Assembly: GCA_041671325.1 (NCBI GenBank)
Contig: JBAZBR010000001.1
Span: forward strand, 415,504 to 479,503
Length of the DNA: 64,000 nt
Source: Patescibacteria group bacterium
GTDB taxonomy: Bacteria; Patescibacteriota; Patescibacteriia; PEXW01
Direction: 5' to 3'
Shown: positions 1 to 9,341 of the stretch, piece after piece
Layout: every line of letters begins with the position of its first letter
Position numbering within the stretch: position 1 is the stretch's first letter
Notes under the pieces: generated by a model
Told to the model about the DNA's origin: nothing
Seen by the model: only the letters and a program-made list of their open reading frames with translations
Database searches by the model: none
Translations under genes and position numbers: made by a program

Positions 1-579
1 CTTTGCACGAAGTGTATTCTCCTTAAAAATGGACAAGTGGTAATGTTTGACGAAACAAACAAAGTGGTTGACACATACCTTCAAGGCGGACAACTTGCCA
101 CGCAACAACCACTCCGCCAGCGTCGCGACCGAGACTCAAAAGGTCGAGTGACAATGACCGACATTGCTGTAACTACGCTTAGCGGTAAGGCGGAAATTGA
201 AAGTGGCGACGCGCTTCGCTTCCGTATAAAGTACGAGAGTGTTTTTACAAAACCAATCCATAATGTCCGAATGGTAATAATGATTGTAAATGATGATCTC
301 CAAAATGTTTTATGGTTTGATAATGAAGTGAGTAAGCAGACCCTCACTGAATTTTCACCAAATGGTGAATTTTTATGCGAAACAGGACCTCTAAATCTTT
401 CGCCTGGACGCTACTTTGTCAACCTTCATTTTCATAGCGATGGCGTCAGTGAAGATTCAGTACTTTTGGCTGCCTCGTTTGAAGTAAAAGAAAACTTGCA
501 TAGGTATGCGTTTCAAAAAAGTGCTGACTACAAGGTTACCAACTTCATTGCGCCATTTCAGTATTCGCAAAAAAAATAA
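1..579 (+). CDS. wzt: Polysaccharide ABC transporter ATP-binding protein, C-terminal part with Wzt_C domain (5' truncated by window)
   Basis: Frame is open from base 1 (LCTKCILLKNGQV, the end of an ABC domain), followed by an Ig-like Wzt_C region (LSPGRYFVNL), at the head of a glycan cluster. Confidence 0.8.
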   Translation, partial: LCTKCILLKNGQVVMFDETNKVVDTYLQGGQLATQQPLRQRRDRDSKGRVTMTDIAVTTLSGKAEIESGDALRFRIKYESVFTKPIHNVRMVIMIVNDDLQNVLWFDNEVSKQTLTEFSPNGEFLCETGPLNLSPGRYFVNLHFHSDGVSEDSVLLAASFEVKENLHRYAFQKSADYKVTNFIAPFQYSQKK

Positions 580-617
580 TTATCTTTTCAAATTTACACC
601 ATTAACTTATTGATAAT

Positions 618-1394
618 ATGAAAGTCATTATTTTAGCCGGTGGTTTTGGTACGCGTTTGGGCGATATGACCAGGGAAATTCCAAAACCAATGGCTTTAAT
701 TGGCGACAAACCCATAATTTGGCATATCATGAAAATTTATTCGCATTACGGTTACGATGATTTTATTTTAAGCTTGGGTTATAAGCATCAGGTGATTAAA
801 GAATTTTTCTGCCACTATGATACTCACACTAATGATTTTGCCGTCAACCTTGGTACGAACAAGATTGAAAACTTAAACACCCATAATGAAGTGAATTGGC
901 GAGTTATGTTGGTAAATACCGGCTTAAACACCTTAAAAGGCGCCCGCATTAAACGCCTGGAAAAATACTTAGATGATGATTTAACCATGTGCACTTACGG
1001 TGATGGCGTTGCTGATATCAATATTAAAGCGCTAGTTGAATTCCATAAATCACAAGGCAAAATGGTCACCATAACCGGCGTTAGACCACCCTCAAGATTC
1101 GGCGAAATCACAACAGATGGCGATAAAGTTCTATCTTTCAGTGAAAAGCCGCAATCTTCAACCGGCTTGATAAACGGCGGTTTTATAATATTTGACAAGA
1201 GATTGTTGGGATATCTTTCAGAAGACGAAAATTGCGATTTAGAATATGGCGCTTTTGAAAAAATCGCAAAGGAAGGCGAATTAATGGTTTACCGGCATAC
1301 TGGCCAATGGGAATGTGTTGATACGGAACGCGACTTTAAACATTTAAATAAAATATGGGAAGCAAATGAAGCTTTTTGGAAAGTTTGGAAATAA
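618..1394 (+). CDS. rfbF: Glucose-1-phosphate cytidylyltransferase
   Basis: ILAGGFGTRL, PKPM, TYGDG, INGGF motifs; adjacent to rfbG. Confidence 0.95.
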   Translation: MKVIILAGGFGTRLGDMTREIPKPMALIGDKPIIWHIMKIYSHYGYDDFILSLGYKHQVIKEFFCHYDTHTNDFAVNLGTNKIENLNTHNEVNWRVMLVNTGLNTLKGARIKRLEKYLDDDLTMCTYGDGVADINIKALVEFHKSQGKMVTITGVRPPSRFGEITTDGDKVLSFSEKPQSSTGLINGGFIIFDKRLLGYLSEDENCDLEYGAFEKIAKEGELMVYRHTGQWECVDTERDFKHLNKIWEANEAFWKVWK

Positions 1395-1397
1395 CTA

Positions 1398-2498
1398 ATG
1401 ACTGATAAATTATTTAATGGCATATACAAGGACAAAAAAGTTTTCCTAACCGGAAACACTGGTTTTAAGGGTTCTTGGCTAGCTTTATGGCTTACTAAAC
1501 TGGGTGCGCAAGTTCACGGCTATTCTTTGGACATCCCAACCAAACCAAGTCATTTTGAATTATTGAAGTTAGAAATAGACACTGAATTTGGTGACATCCT
1601 GGATAAAAAAAGATTGCATACCGCCATAGACTCTTTTAAACCTGATATTGTTTTCCATATGGCAGCGCAACCACTGGTCAGAAAATCTTACGCTTTACCT
1701 GTGGAAACATTTGAAACAAACATTATCGGTACACTTAATGTTTTAGAAAGTTGCCGCAAAGCAGGAATAAGAACAATTATCAATATTACCAGTGATAAAT
1801 GCTACGAAAATAAAGAACATCTCCGGGGTTATACAGAAGATGACCCAATGGGTGGTAAAGATCCTTACAGCGCCTCCAAGGGCTGTGCTGAATTAGTAGC
1901 CAATTCATACCGGCATTCATTTTTCAATTTGAACCAATACGGCAAAAGTCATTCAACCCTTTTGGCAGATGTCCGGGCGGGTAATGTAATCGGCGGCGGG
2001 GACTGGGCTGACGACAGATTGATCCCTGATCTAATCAAGGCCGCCAGTATTAACCAAAAAGTAATAATTCGCTATCCCCGCTCAATAAGACCCTGGCAAC
2101 ACGTTTTAGAACCATTAAGCGGCTATTTGCAATTAGGCTGGAAATTATTGGAAGGCAAATTGGAATTCGCCCAAAATTGGAATTTCGGGCCGAATAATGA
2201 ATCTGACCTGACGGTTAACGAAGTGATTGAACGTTCGAAAAAAATTTGGGATAAAATTGACTATCAAATACAGGAAAGCTCTGAAAATTTCCACGAAGCA
2301 GGTTTATTAAAACTGGATTCGACCAAAGCCCGTTCCCAATTGAAATGGTCAAGCGTTTGGGATCTTAATCAAACTTTCGAAAAAACCATTGCATGGTATA
2401 AAAATTATTATTTAAATAGCCAAATCTTCAGTGAAAAGGATTTAGATGATTATATTCAAGACGCGCAAAAAGCTGGATTGGCTTGGACGATAATATGA
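1398..2498 (+). CDS. rfbG: CDP-glucose 4,6-dehydratase
   Basis: TGNTGFKGSWL, HMAAQPLVR, TSDKCY, DPYSASK, RAGNVIGGGDW, RPWQHVLEP. Confidence 0.95.
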   Translation: MTDKLFNGIYKDKKVFLTGNTGFKGSWLALWLTKLGAQVHGYSLDIPTKPSHFELLKLEIDTEFGDILDKKRLHTAIDSFKPDIVFHMAAQPLVRKSYALPVETFETNIIGTLNVLESCRKAGIRTIINITSDKCYENKEHLRGYTEDDPMGGKDPYSASKGCAELVANSYRHSFFNLNQYGKSHSTLLADVRAGNVIGGGDWADDRLIPDLIKAASINQKVIIRYPRSIRPWQHVLEPLSGYLQLGWKLLEGKLEFAQNWNFGPNNESDLTVNEVIERSKKIWDKIDYQIQESSENFHEAGLLKLDSTKARSQLKWSSVWDLNQTFEKTIAWYKNYYLNSQIFSEKDLDDYIQDAQKAGLAWTII

Positions 2499-3046
2499 AA
2501 ATTATTCAAACCCAACTAAACGAAGTGTATATAATTGAGGCTGATGCCTTCCCCGATGACCGAGGCATTTTTGTCAAAATCTACAATCAAGAAATTTTTA
2601 ACGAACATAAACTTAATTTTCAACCCAAAGAAACTTATTATTCATTTTCAAAAAAAAATGTTATTCGAGGCATGCATTTCCAAACCCCGCCCGCTGACCA
2701 CACTAAATTGGTATATGTCACACAGGGAAAAATTTTAGATGTGATACTGGATATCAGGGTTGGTTCTCCAAATTATGGAAAATACATTACGATAGAATTA
2801 TCCGCTGAAAACCATAAAGCCATTTATATCCCTTCTGGTTTTGCCCACGGCTTTTTATCTTTACAGGAAAATTCTTGTGTCATTTATTCCCAAACTGCGG
2901 TGTATTCACCAGAGAATGACAATGGCATAAACATAAACTCTTTTGGCATGCAATGGGGAATTGAAAATCCAATCGTTTCCAAAAGAGACCAGAATTTCCA
3001 AAATTTCAAGGATTTCAAATCGTCTTTTATCTATAAAAAACCATGA
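2495..3046 (+). CDS. rfbC: RmlC-family NDP-4-keto-6-deoxyhexose 3,5-epimerase
   Basis: DDRG, RGMHFQ, GFAHGF cupin motifs; ATG at 2495 overlaps the rfbG stop. Confidence 0.85.
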   Translation: MKIIQTQLNEVYIIEADAFPDDRGIFVKIYNQEIFNEHKLNFQPKETYYSFSKKNVIRGMHFQTPPADHTKLVYVTQGKILDVILDIRVGSPNYGKYITIELSAENHKAIYIPSGFAHGFLSLQENSCVIYSQTAVYSPENDNGININSFGMQWGIENPIVSKRDQNFQNFKDFKSSFIYKKP

Positions 3047-3930
3047 AATTACTAATCAGCGGGGCTACAGGTTTTATTGGCAACTATTTGGTAAAACGCT
3101 TACTGGCAGAAGGACATGAAATTTTTATTGTAGTCCGGCCTTCAAGCAAGGAAATCCCTGCTGAAAATATTGGTTCCTATGTTTTTGATGGCGACACTGG
3201 AAAACTTATAGACTTTATGCGCCAAAATAATTTCAACGGCATAATACACCTGGCTTCACTTTTTTTAGCCCAACATACTACTCAAGACATTAAAGCCTTA
3301 ATTGATTCAAATGTTTTGTTCTCAACCAACTTGTTGGAAGCCGCCAGCAAAAGCGAAGTTCCTTGGTTCATCAATACTGGGACTTTTTGGCAACATTTCC
3401 AAAACAGTACTTACTCCCCTGTTAATCTCTATGCGGCAACCAAACAAGCTTTTGAAGACATCGCCAAGTACTATATCGAAACTTCCAATATAAATTTTGT
3501 TACCTTAAAATTGTGTGATACTTTTGGCCCCAATGACACCCGAAAGAAAATTTTTAACTTGTGGATGAAAATTGGCAAATCTGGTGAAACTTTGGATATG
3601 TCAAAAGGCGAACAAATCATTGACATAAGTTATATTGAAAATGTCATTGATGGCTATATATATTTAATAAATCTATTAAGCCAGGATGATTCCAAAAAAC
3701 TGCAAGGGCGTTCCTTTGCCCTGAAGTCAAACGAAAGGATGACCCTAAAAAATTTAGCTAAACTTTTCGAAGAAGTGACGAACACTAAATTGAACATCAA
3801 TTGGGGCAAAAAGAAGTACCGCTTAAGGGAGGTTATGGTGCCTTGGGAAAACGGCGAAACTATTCCGGGCTGGCAGCCAAAAATTTCCTTGAGAGAAGGA
3901 ATTAAAAGGACATTTAATCAAAGTCTTTAA
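3043..3930 (+). CDS. NAD-dependent epimerase/reductase (CDP-abequose/paratose synthase-like)
   Basis: GATGFIG, YAATK; position between rfbC and rfbH. Confidence 0.75.
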   Translation: MKLLISGATGFIGNYLVKRLLAEGHEIFIVVRPSSKEIPAENIGSYVFDGDTGKLIDFMRQNNFNGIIHLASLFLAQHTTQDIKALIDSNVLFSTNLLEAASKSEVPWFINTGTFWQHFQNSTYSPVNLYAATKQAFEDIAKYYIETSNINFVTLKLCDTFGPNDTRKKIFNLWMKIGKSGETLDMSKGEQIIDISYIENVIDGYIYLINLLSQDDSKKLQGRSFALKSNERMTLKNLAKLFEEVTNTKLNINWGKKKYRLREVMVPWENGETIPGWQPKISLREGIKRTFNQSL

Positions 3931-3931
3931 T

Positions 3932-5266
3932 ATGACAAAAGCAGAAAAGCTTAAAAAGGAAATCTTTGAAAAAGTTAAGGCATATTACCAAGAAGCCCAC
4001 AACCAACCTAAAAAATTCGTTGAAGGTGTTAGTACGGTAAGATACGCTGGCCGGGTTTTTGATGAAAAAGAAATTCTTAATCTAATTGATTCCTCATTAG
4101 AATTTTGGCTGACCTATGGCCGCTATTCCAAACTTTTTGAAGAAAAATTGGCTAAATTTCTGGGCAGGAAATGGACTTTTTTAGTCAATTCAGGCTCTTC
4201 AGCCAACCTTTTGTCCTTATCAGCCCTAACTTCGCCTTTACTTCGCGATAGGCGCCTTAAAAAGGGCGATGAGGTAATTACCCTGGCCGCCGGGTTTCCA
4301 ACCACAGTAGCGCCAATAATCCAGAATGGAGCGATTCCAGTATTCGTTGATATCGACCTAAAAACTTGTAATATAGACGTTAACTACCTGAAACAAGCGC
4401 TTTCGGAGAAAACCAAAGCTATTATGATCGCCCACACCCTAGGCAACCCTTTTAACTTAAGAGCAGTTAAAAATTTCTGCGAAATAAATAAGCTTTGGCT
4501 AATCGAAGATAACTGCGATGCCTTAGGTAGCACTTATGAAGGTAAGTTAACTGGCACTTGGGGTGATATTGGGACTTCCAGCTTCTACCCGGCCCATCAT
4601 ATAACTATGGGTGAAGGCGGCGCGGTTTATACCGATAATGTTATTTTAAAAAAAGTCATCCTGTCTTTACGCGATTGGGGTAGGGATTGCTGGTGCGACA
4701 GTGGCAAAGAAAATACTTGCGGCGCTAGGTTTTCCCAACAACACGGAACCTTGCCTTTTGGTTATGACCATAAATATGTTTATAGCCATTTTGGATATAA
4801 TTTGAAAGTTACCGACATGCAAGCGGCTATTGGCTGTGCCCAAATTGACAAATTGCCAATGATTATCCAAAAACGTAAGGACAATTTTAATAAATTATTT
4901 GAAGGACTGAAGAGTCTCCAAGATTATTTTTACCTGCCCCAAGCAACACCTAACAGCGATCCAAGCTGGTTCGGCTTTTTATTGATCCTCAAGGACAAAT
5001 TGCTATTCACCAGAAAGGATTTGACCACTTACCTTGATGAAAAACATATCCAATCCAGAAATTTGTTTGCCGGAAATTTAGTCAGGCAACCTTTATTTCA
5101 AAACTTAATTCCTGATAAAGATTTTCGGGTAATTGGCAATTTAAAAAATACTGACAAGGTTATGAACGACGCATTTTGGCTAGGCGTATATCCGGGCAGG
5201 AAAATCGATGAGATCGAATATATGATTAAAACCCTTAAAAATTTTGTTTCAATTTATGCAAAATAA
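3932..5266 (+). CDS. rfbH: CDP-4-keto-6-deoxyglucose 3-dehydrase (E1, RfbH/DdhC)
   Basis: VNSGSSANL, EDNCDALGS, SFYPAHHITMGEGG (His in place of Lys), WGRDCWC Fe-S motif, YDHKY. Confidence 0.93.
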   Translation: MTKAEKLKKEIFEKVKAYYQEAHNQPKKFVEGVSTVRYAGRVFDEKEILNLIDSSLEFWLTYGRYSKLFEEKLAKFLGRKWTFLVNSGSSANLLSLSALTSPLLRDRRLKKGDEVITLAAGFPTTVAPIIQNGAIPVFVDIDLKTCNIDVNYLKQALSEKTKAIMIAHTLGNPFNLRAVKNFCEINKLWLIEDNCDALGSTYEGKLTGTWGDIGTSSFYPAHHITMGEGGAVYTDNVILKKVILSLRDWGRDCWCDSGKENTCGARFSQQHGTLPFGYDHKYVYSHFGYNLKVTDMQAAIGCAQIDKLPMIIQKRKDNFNKLFEGLKSLQDYFYLPQATPNSDPSWFGFLLILKDKLLFTRKDLTTYLDEKHIQSRNLFAGNLVRQPLFQNLIPDKDFRVIGNLKNTDKVMNDAFWLGVYPGRKIDEIEYMIKTLKNFVSIYAK

Positions 5267-6680
5267 TCAAAGAAAATTAATTAGTGTTGGGTTGCCGGTC
5301 TATGACATGCATGGGCTGGGTCATATTTTTCTGAAGCATAGCTTGGATATCTTAATTAATCAGAGCTTCAAGGATTTTGACGTGATTGTTTCTGATTATT
5401 CGGCCGACAAGGTCATTAAAAACCTGTGCCAAAGTTATACCGGTCGGCTCGACATCAAGTATTTCAAAAATACCGACCCTACTGGCGGCATGTCGGCTAA
5501 TACCAATAATGCTATTCGACACGCCACTGGTAAAATTATTAAAATCTTATTCCAAGATGATTTTCTTTATGATGAGAAATCCTTGCAAATTATTGCGGAA
5601 AACTTTGACTTGGAAAAAGATAACTGGTTGGTGACGGCCTGCGAACATTCTAAAGACGGTAAAACTTTTTTTCGGCCTTTTTACCCTAGATATAACCATA
5701 AAATACTTTTGGGCAATAATACTATAAGTTCGCCGTCTGTTTTATCAATTAAAAACGATAACCCCCTGCTTTTTGACCCAAAACTCAAATGGCTGATGGA
5801 CTGCGATTATTACAAAAGATGCTATGACAAATTTGGCGAACCGAAAATTGTTAACCAAATTGCCGCAGTTAACAGAATTGGCGATCATCAAATCTCAAAA
5901 ACTGAAGCTGATGAACACTTAAGAAAGGTTGAATACAAATATGTCAAAGAAAAAAATTCAATAAAAAACGCAAGCAAAATTCGACTACCTGACGTCACTT
6001 TAGTGGCAGTATCGGGCATAAATCCAACCGGCGTTATAAAAGCTCTGGAAATATCAATGGATGGTATTGAATTCAATGAAGTTGTGCTTATCGCCCATAA
6101 TTGCCCGCCGGATATGAATAAAAAAATAACCTTTAAAAAGTGCAAACCAAACCAATTGGCAAGTCAAGATCCCAAAAATACCAATGATTTTAGCCATTTT
6201 ATGGCTTATGACTTGTGGGAATACATAAACAGTGATTATGCGTTAATCGTACATAATAAAGCCTTTGTTTTAAGACCTGACAAATGGGATGAAGAATTTT
6301 TAAAATATGATTATATTGGCCCGCCCTGGCCTAAAGGCGTACATTTTACCAATGAAGGCAATAATGTTCGGGTTGGGAATGGAGGTTTTTCTTTACGCAG
6401 CCAAAAACTGATGCGTACACTGAATGAATTAAAATTACCTTTTACTGACAATGGTACTGGTTTTTTCCACGAAGACGGCATAATTTGTGTATACTATCGA
6501 AAAAAACTGGAGAACTACGGAATTAAATTCGCTCCCGTTGATATAGCATCACGCTTTGGCAGAGAAAAAGATTGTGAAGATTCTGTTTCTAAACCATTTG
6601 GCTTTCATAACAACTCCAAGGCTATGCCCAGATTCTTTTATCTCAAACGTAAACTAAAAAATCTCGGGTTTAATACATGA
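5256..6680 (+). CDS. GT2 glycosyltransferase fused to a DUF5672-like domain
   Basis: N-terminal GT-A (ILFQDDF, MDCDYY); C-terminal YDYIGPPW, VGNGGFSLRS, HEDG motifs. Confidence 0.75.
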   Translation: MQNNQRKLISVGLPVYDMHGLGHIFLKHSLDILINQSFKDFDVIVSDYSADKVIKNLCQSYTGRLDIKYFKNTDPTGGMSANTNNAIRHATGKIIKILFQDDFLYDEKSLQIIAENFDLEKDNWLVTACEHSKDGKTFFRPFYPRYNHKILLGNNTISSPSVLSIKNDNPLLFDPKLKWLMDCDYYKRCYDKFGEPKIVNQIAAVNRIGDHQISKTEADEHLRKVEYKYVKEKNSIKNASKIRLPDVTLVAVSGINPTGVIKALEISMDGIEFNEVVLIAHNCPPDMNKKITFKKCKPNQLASQDPKNTNDFSHFMAYDLWEYINSDYALIVHNKAFVLRPDKWDEEFLKYDYIGPPWPKGVHFTNEGNNVRVGNGGFSLRSQKLMRTLNELKLPFTDNGTGFFHEDGIICVYYRKKLENYGIKFAPVDIASRFGREKDCEDSVSKPFGFHNNSKAMPRFFYLKRKLKNLGFNT

Positions 6681-6805
6681 TTACTGCAGATACAATAGAA
6701 TAATTTTTTTAGGAAATATAATACGTTCTATCACTCTATTTGAAATTATATCAGTTTTAGTATATAATTAAACAGAAATTTTTATTGTTAAACAATAACA
6801 CTCAT

Positions 6806-7654
6806 ATGACAGTAAAAAAACTAGGTTGGGAAAAATGTCCAGACGGTAACGCTCAATTGTACATGGACAAATGTAAATTATTTGTCGCCGACGAAAAGAG
6901 CTTTGCTAACTTTAAAAGGGACAAGGACTATGGCAAAATTCTAGAAGGAGGCGAGAAAATCGTCGGTGAAATTGCACTAAAAGGTATCTTGAAAATGAAA
7001 GGTCAAACTATTCTGCTGGATAATCTGAAAAAATTCAAAGAAAACGAAATGTACGGTAACCCAATCCTGCATGAATATGAATTAACCGGACCCATGGTGC
7101 CATCCACGCTACGCTACGTCAATACTTATTTGGAAGTCAAGGAACTTACCAAAGATCATAAATTAAAAAAAATAGTTGAGGTCGGAGGAGGTTACGGTGG
7201 GCTTTGTAAAACAATAAGTGTTTTGGAAAACTTTGATGAATACACAATGGTTGATTTACCTCCGGCTATTGCACTTTGTCAAAAATATTTAAATCATTTT
7301 GACAGCATTAAAAACAAAATTAAATACATTTCATGCGAGGATATTAAAAGCCTTGAAGCGATAACTGATGTGGATTTGTTTATCAGTGATTCGGCTCTGG
7401 CTGAATGTGACCTTGAAACGCAAATACTGTACACAAAGACAATTGCAAAAAAATCCAAATTCATTTACGTAAACTTTAACACACTTCATATAAAAAGTGC
7501 GGCAAAGGAAATGAAATTATTTATTAAGAGTTTTCCAAATAAAAAAGTGCAGACATATCAATCTGGCATGGTCACAGCCATAATTATTGACACTACGAAG
7601 GAAGCTTCTCCGAAATTCTTTTCGATCAAAGGTCTAATAAAGAAATTCACTTAG
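6806..7654 (+). CDS. Putative sugar O-methyltransferase
   Basis: TLRY, IVEVGGGYGG SAM-binding motif, VDLP; start placed at ATG 6806. Confidence 0.75.
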   Translation: MTVKKLGWEKCPDGNAQLYMDKCKLFVADEKSFANFKRDKDYGKILEGGEKIVGEIALKGILKMKGQTILLDNLKKFKENEMYGNPILHEYELTGPMVPSTLRYVNTYLEVKELTKDHKLKKIVEVGGGYGGLCKTISVLENFDEYTMVDLPPAIALCQKYLNHFDSIKNKIKYISCEDIKSLEAITDVDLFISDSALAECDLETQILYTKTIAKKSKFIYVNFNTLHIKSAAKEMKLFIKSFPNKKVQTYQSGMVTAIIIDTTKEASPKFFSIKGLIKKFT

Positions 7655-7658
7655 AAAA

Positions 7659-9341
7659 ATGATTGTAACTGAAATATACAGGGGGCAAGGACTGGGAAAT
7701 CAACTTTGGTGCTATGTTACAACCAGGGTTATTGCCAAAGATAAAGGCTATGATTTTGGCATTAAATCTCCAGAAAAATTCAAGTGCAATGATTTCTTAC
7801 AATTAGATTCTGGCAAAACGGTGGCCGGCGGGTCTGGCCCTGAAGGTGGTCCACCGCATGTTTTACCTGAAGGCATCCAATATTATTATAACGAACGTCG
7901 TATTAACCATCCTGAGAATGGCGTTGACATCCGAACTTTTGATAAAAATCTAGTCGAAATTCCGGACAATACAAAAATCGATGGCGTCATGCAAGATGAA
8001 CAATACATACTACACCGTAAAAACGAAATTCGTATTTGGTTGAAAGTTAAACAGGAATTTGAATGTCATGATTACGCCAGCGAAGAAATTTGCGTCATTA
8101 ACTTTCGTGGTGGCGAATACGTCAATATAAAAAACGTATTTTTACCCCAAAAATACTGGGACGATGCCGTGGCGCATATGCGGAAAATCAACCCGAATTT
8201 CAAGTTTGTGGTTATTACTGATGATGTTAAAACCGCCAAAAAGTTCTTCCCCGAATTTGAAGTTCACCACTTCAACATTGCCAAGGATTACGTCATCGTC
8301 AAAAATGCCTATTATCTTATCCTTTCCAATTCCAGTTTTGCGTGCTTTCCCGCTTGGCTGAGTGAAAACCTGAAATTTTGTATTGCGCCAAAATACTGGT
8401 CACAGCATAACACATCTGATGGATACTGGGGCTGCGGTTATAATATGATTCACGGTTGGCATTACCTTGATCGTCATGGCAAATTTTTTGACTATGAGAC
8501 GTGTCAAAATGAATTTAACGACTACGCAAAAAAACACGCTATCTTTTTTGAACAAATGAAAATTAAAAACAATTTCTTAGTAATTTCAAATTATCATAAT
8601 GATCTTAGTTGGGTACCAGAATACACGGAGAATTATCTTATTTATGATAAAACGTCAATAAGCGTTCACCCCCCCAAACTTAATTCGCAAAAAGTTAAAA
8701 AAAGTCCAAATGTCGGTTATAACCTTTACGATTATTTCGATTATATCATCGATCATTATGAAAATCTGCCGGATTGTATAATTTTTACAAAAGGCAATGT
8801 CTTCCCAAGGCACGTGACTAAAGAATATTTCGATCGAATAATCAATAATGACTTTTTTACGCCTATTGAAGACTATCGTATGCATAAAGAAAAATGGCCT
8901 ATCTGTTTCTTTGCATCAGATGGAGGTTTTTGCGAATTAAATAACGACTGGTATCTAAATTACCATGAAACCAAGTATTTTTACCACTATAATGATTTTC
9001 TCCAGTTTTGCTTTAAAAATCCAGTATTACCAAGGTATATAAGATTCGCTCCTGGTGGCAATTACATCGTCCCAAAAGAAAACATACTTAAATTACCAAA
9101 AATTTTTTATGAAAATTTACGAACTTTTGTATCCCATACCCAGCTTCCTGGTGAAGCCCATATTATTGAAAGAGCTCTGTATACTTTATGGACATGTAAT
9201 TTTGAAATAAATACTACTATGTTAAGACCAGCTGATAGTAATTTTATTACTAAACCAAGCCCAAACCTCTCTTTTAAAGAGCGGATTACTAGAAGAATTA
9301 AATCTCTTTTTGAAAAAACTGTTACCAAAATTTACCAATAA
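7659..9341 (+). CDS. GT11-like glycosyltransferase fused to a DUF3431-like domain
   Basis: GQGLGNQL, NFRGGEY, ILSNSSF; C-terminal PNVG, FAPGGNYIVPK, AHIIER. Confidence 0.7.
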   Translation: MIVTEIYRGQGLGNQLWCYVTTRVIAKDKGYDFGIKSPEKFKCNDFLQLDSGKTVAGGSGPEGGPPHVLPEGIQYYYNERRINHPENGVDIRTFDKNLVEIPDNTKIDGVMQDEQYILHRKNEIRIWLKVKQEFECHDYASEEICVINFRGGEYVNIKNVFLPQKYWDDAVAHMRKINPNFKFVVITDDVKTAKKFFPEFEVHHFNIAKDYVIVKNAYYLILSNSSFACFPAWLSENLKFCIAPKYWSQHNTSDGYWGCGYNMIHGWHYLDRHGKFFDYETCQNEFNDYAKKHAIFFEQMKIKNNFLVISNYHNDLSWVPEYTENYLIYDKTSISVHPPKLNSQKVKKSPNVGYNLYDYFDYIIDHYENLPDCIIFTKGNVFPRHVTKEYFDRIINNDFFTPIEDYRMHKEKWPICFFASDGGFCELNNDWYLNYHETKYFYHYNDFLQFCFKNPVLPRYIRFAPGGNYIVPKENILKLPKIFYENLRTFVSHTQLPGEAHIIERALYTLWTCNFEINTTMLRPADSNFITKPSPNLSFKERITRRIKSLFEKTVTKIYQ

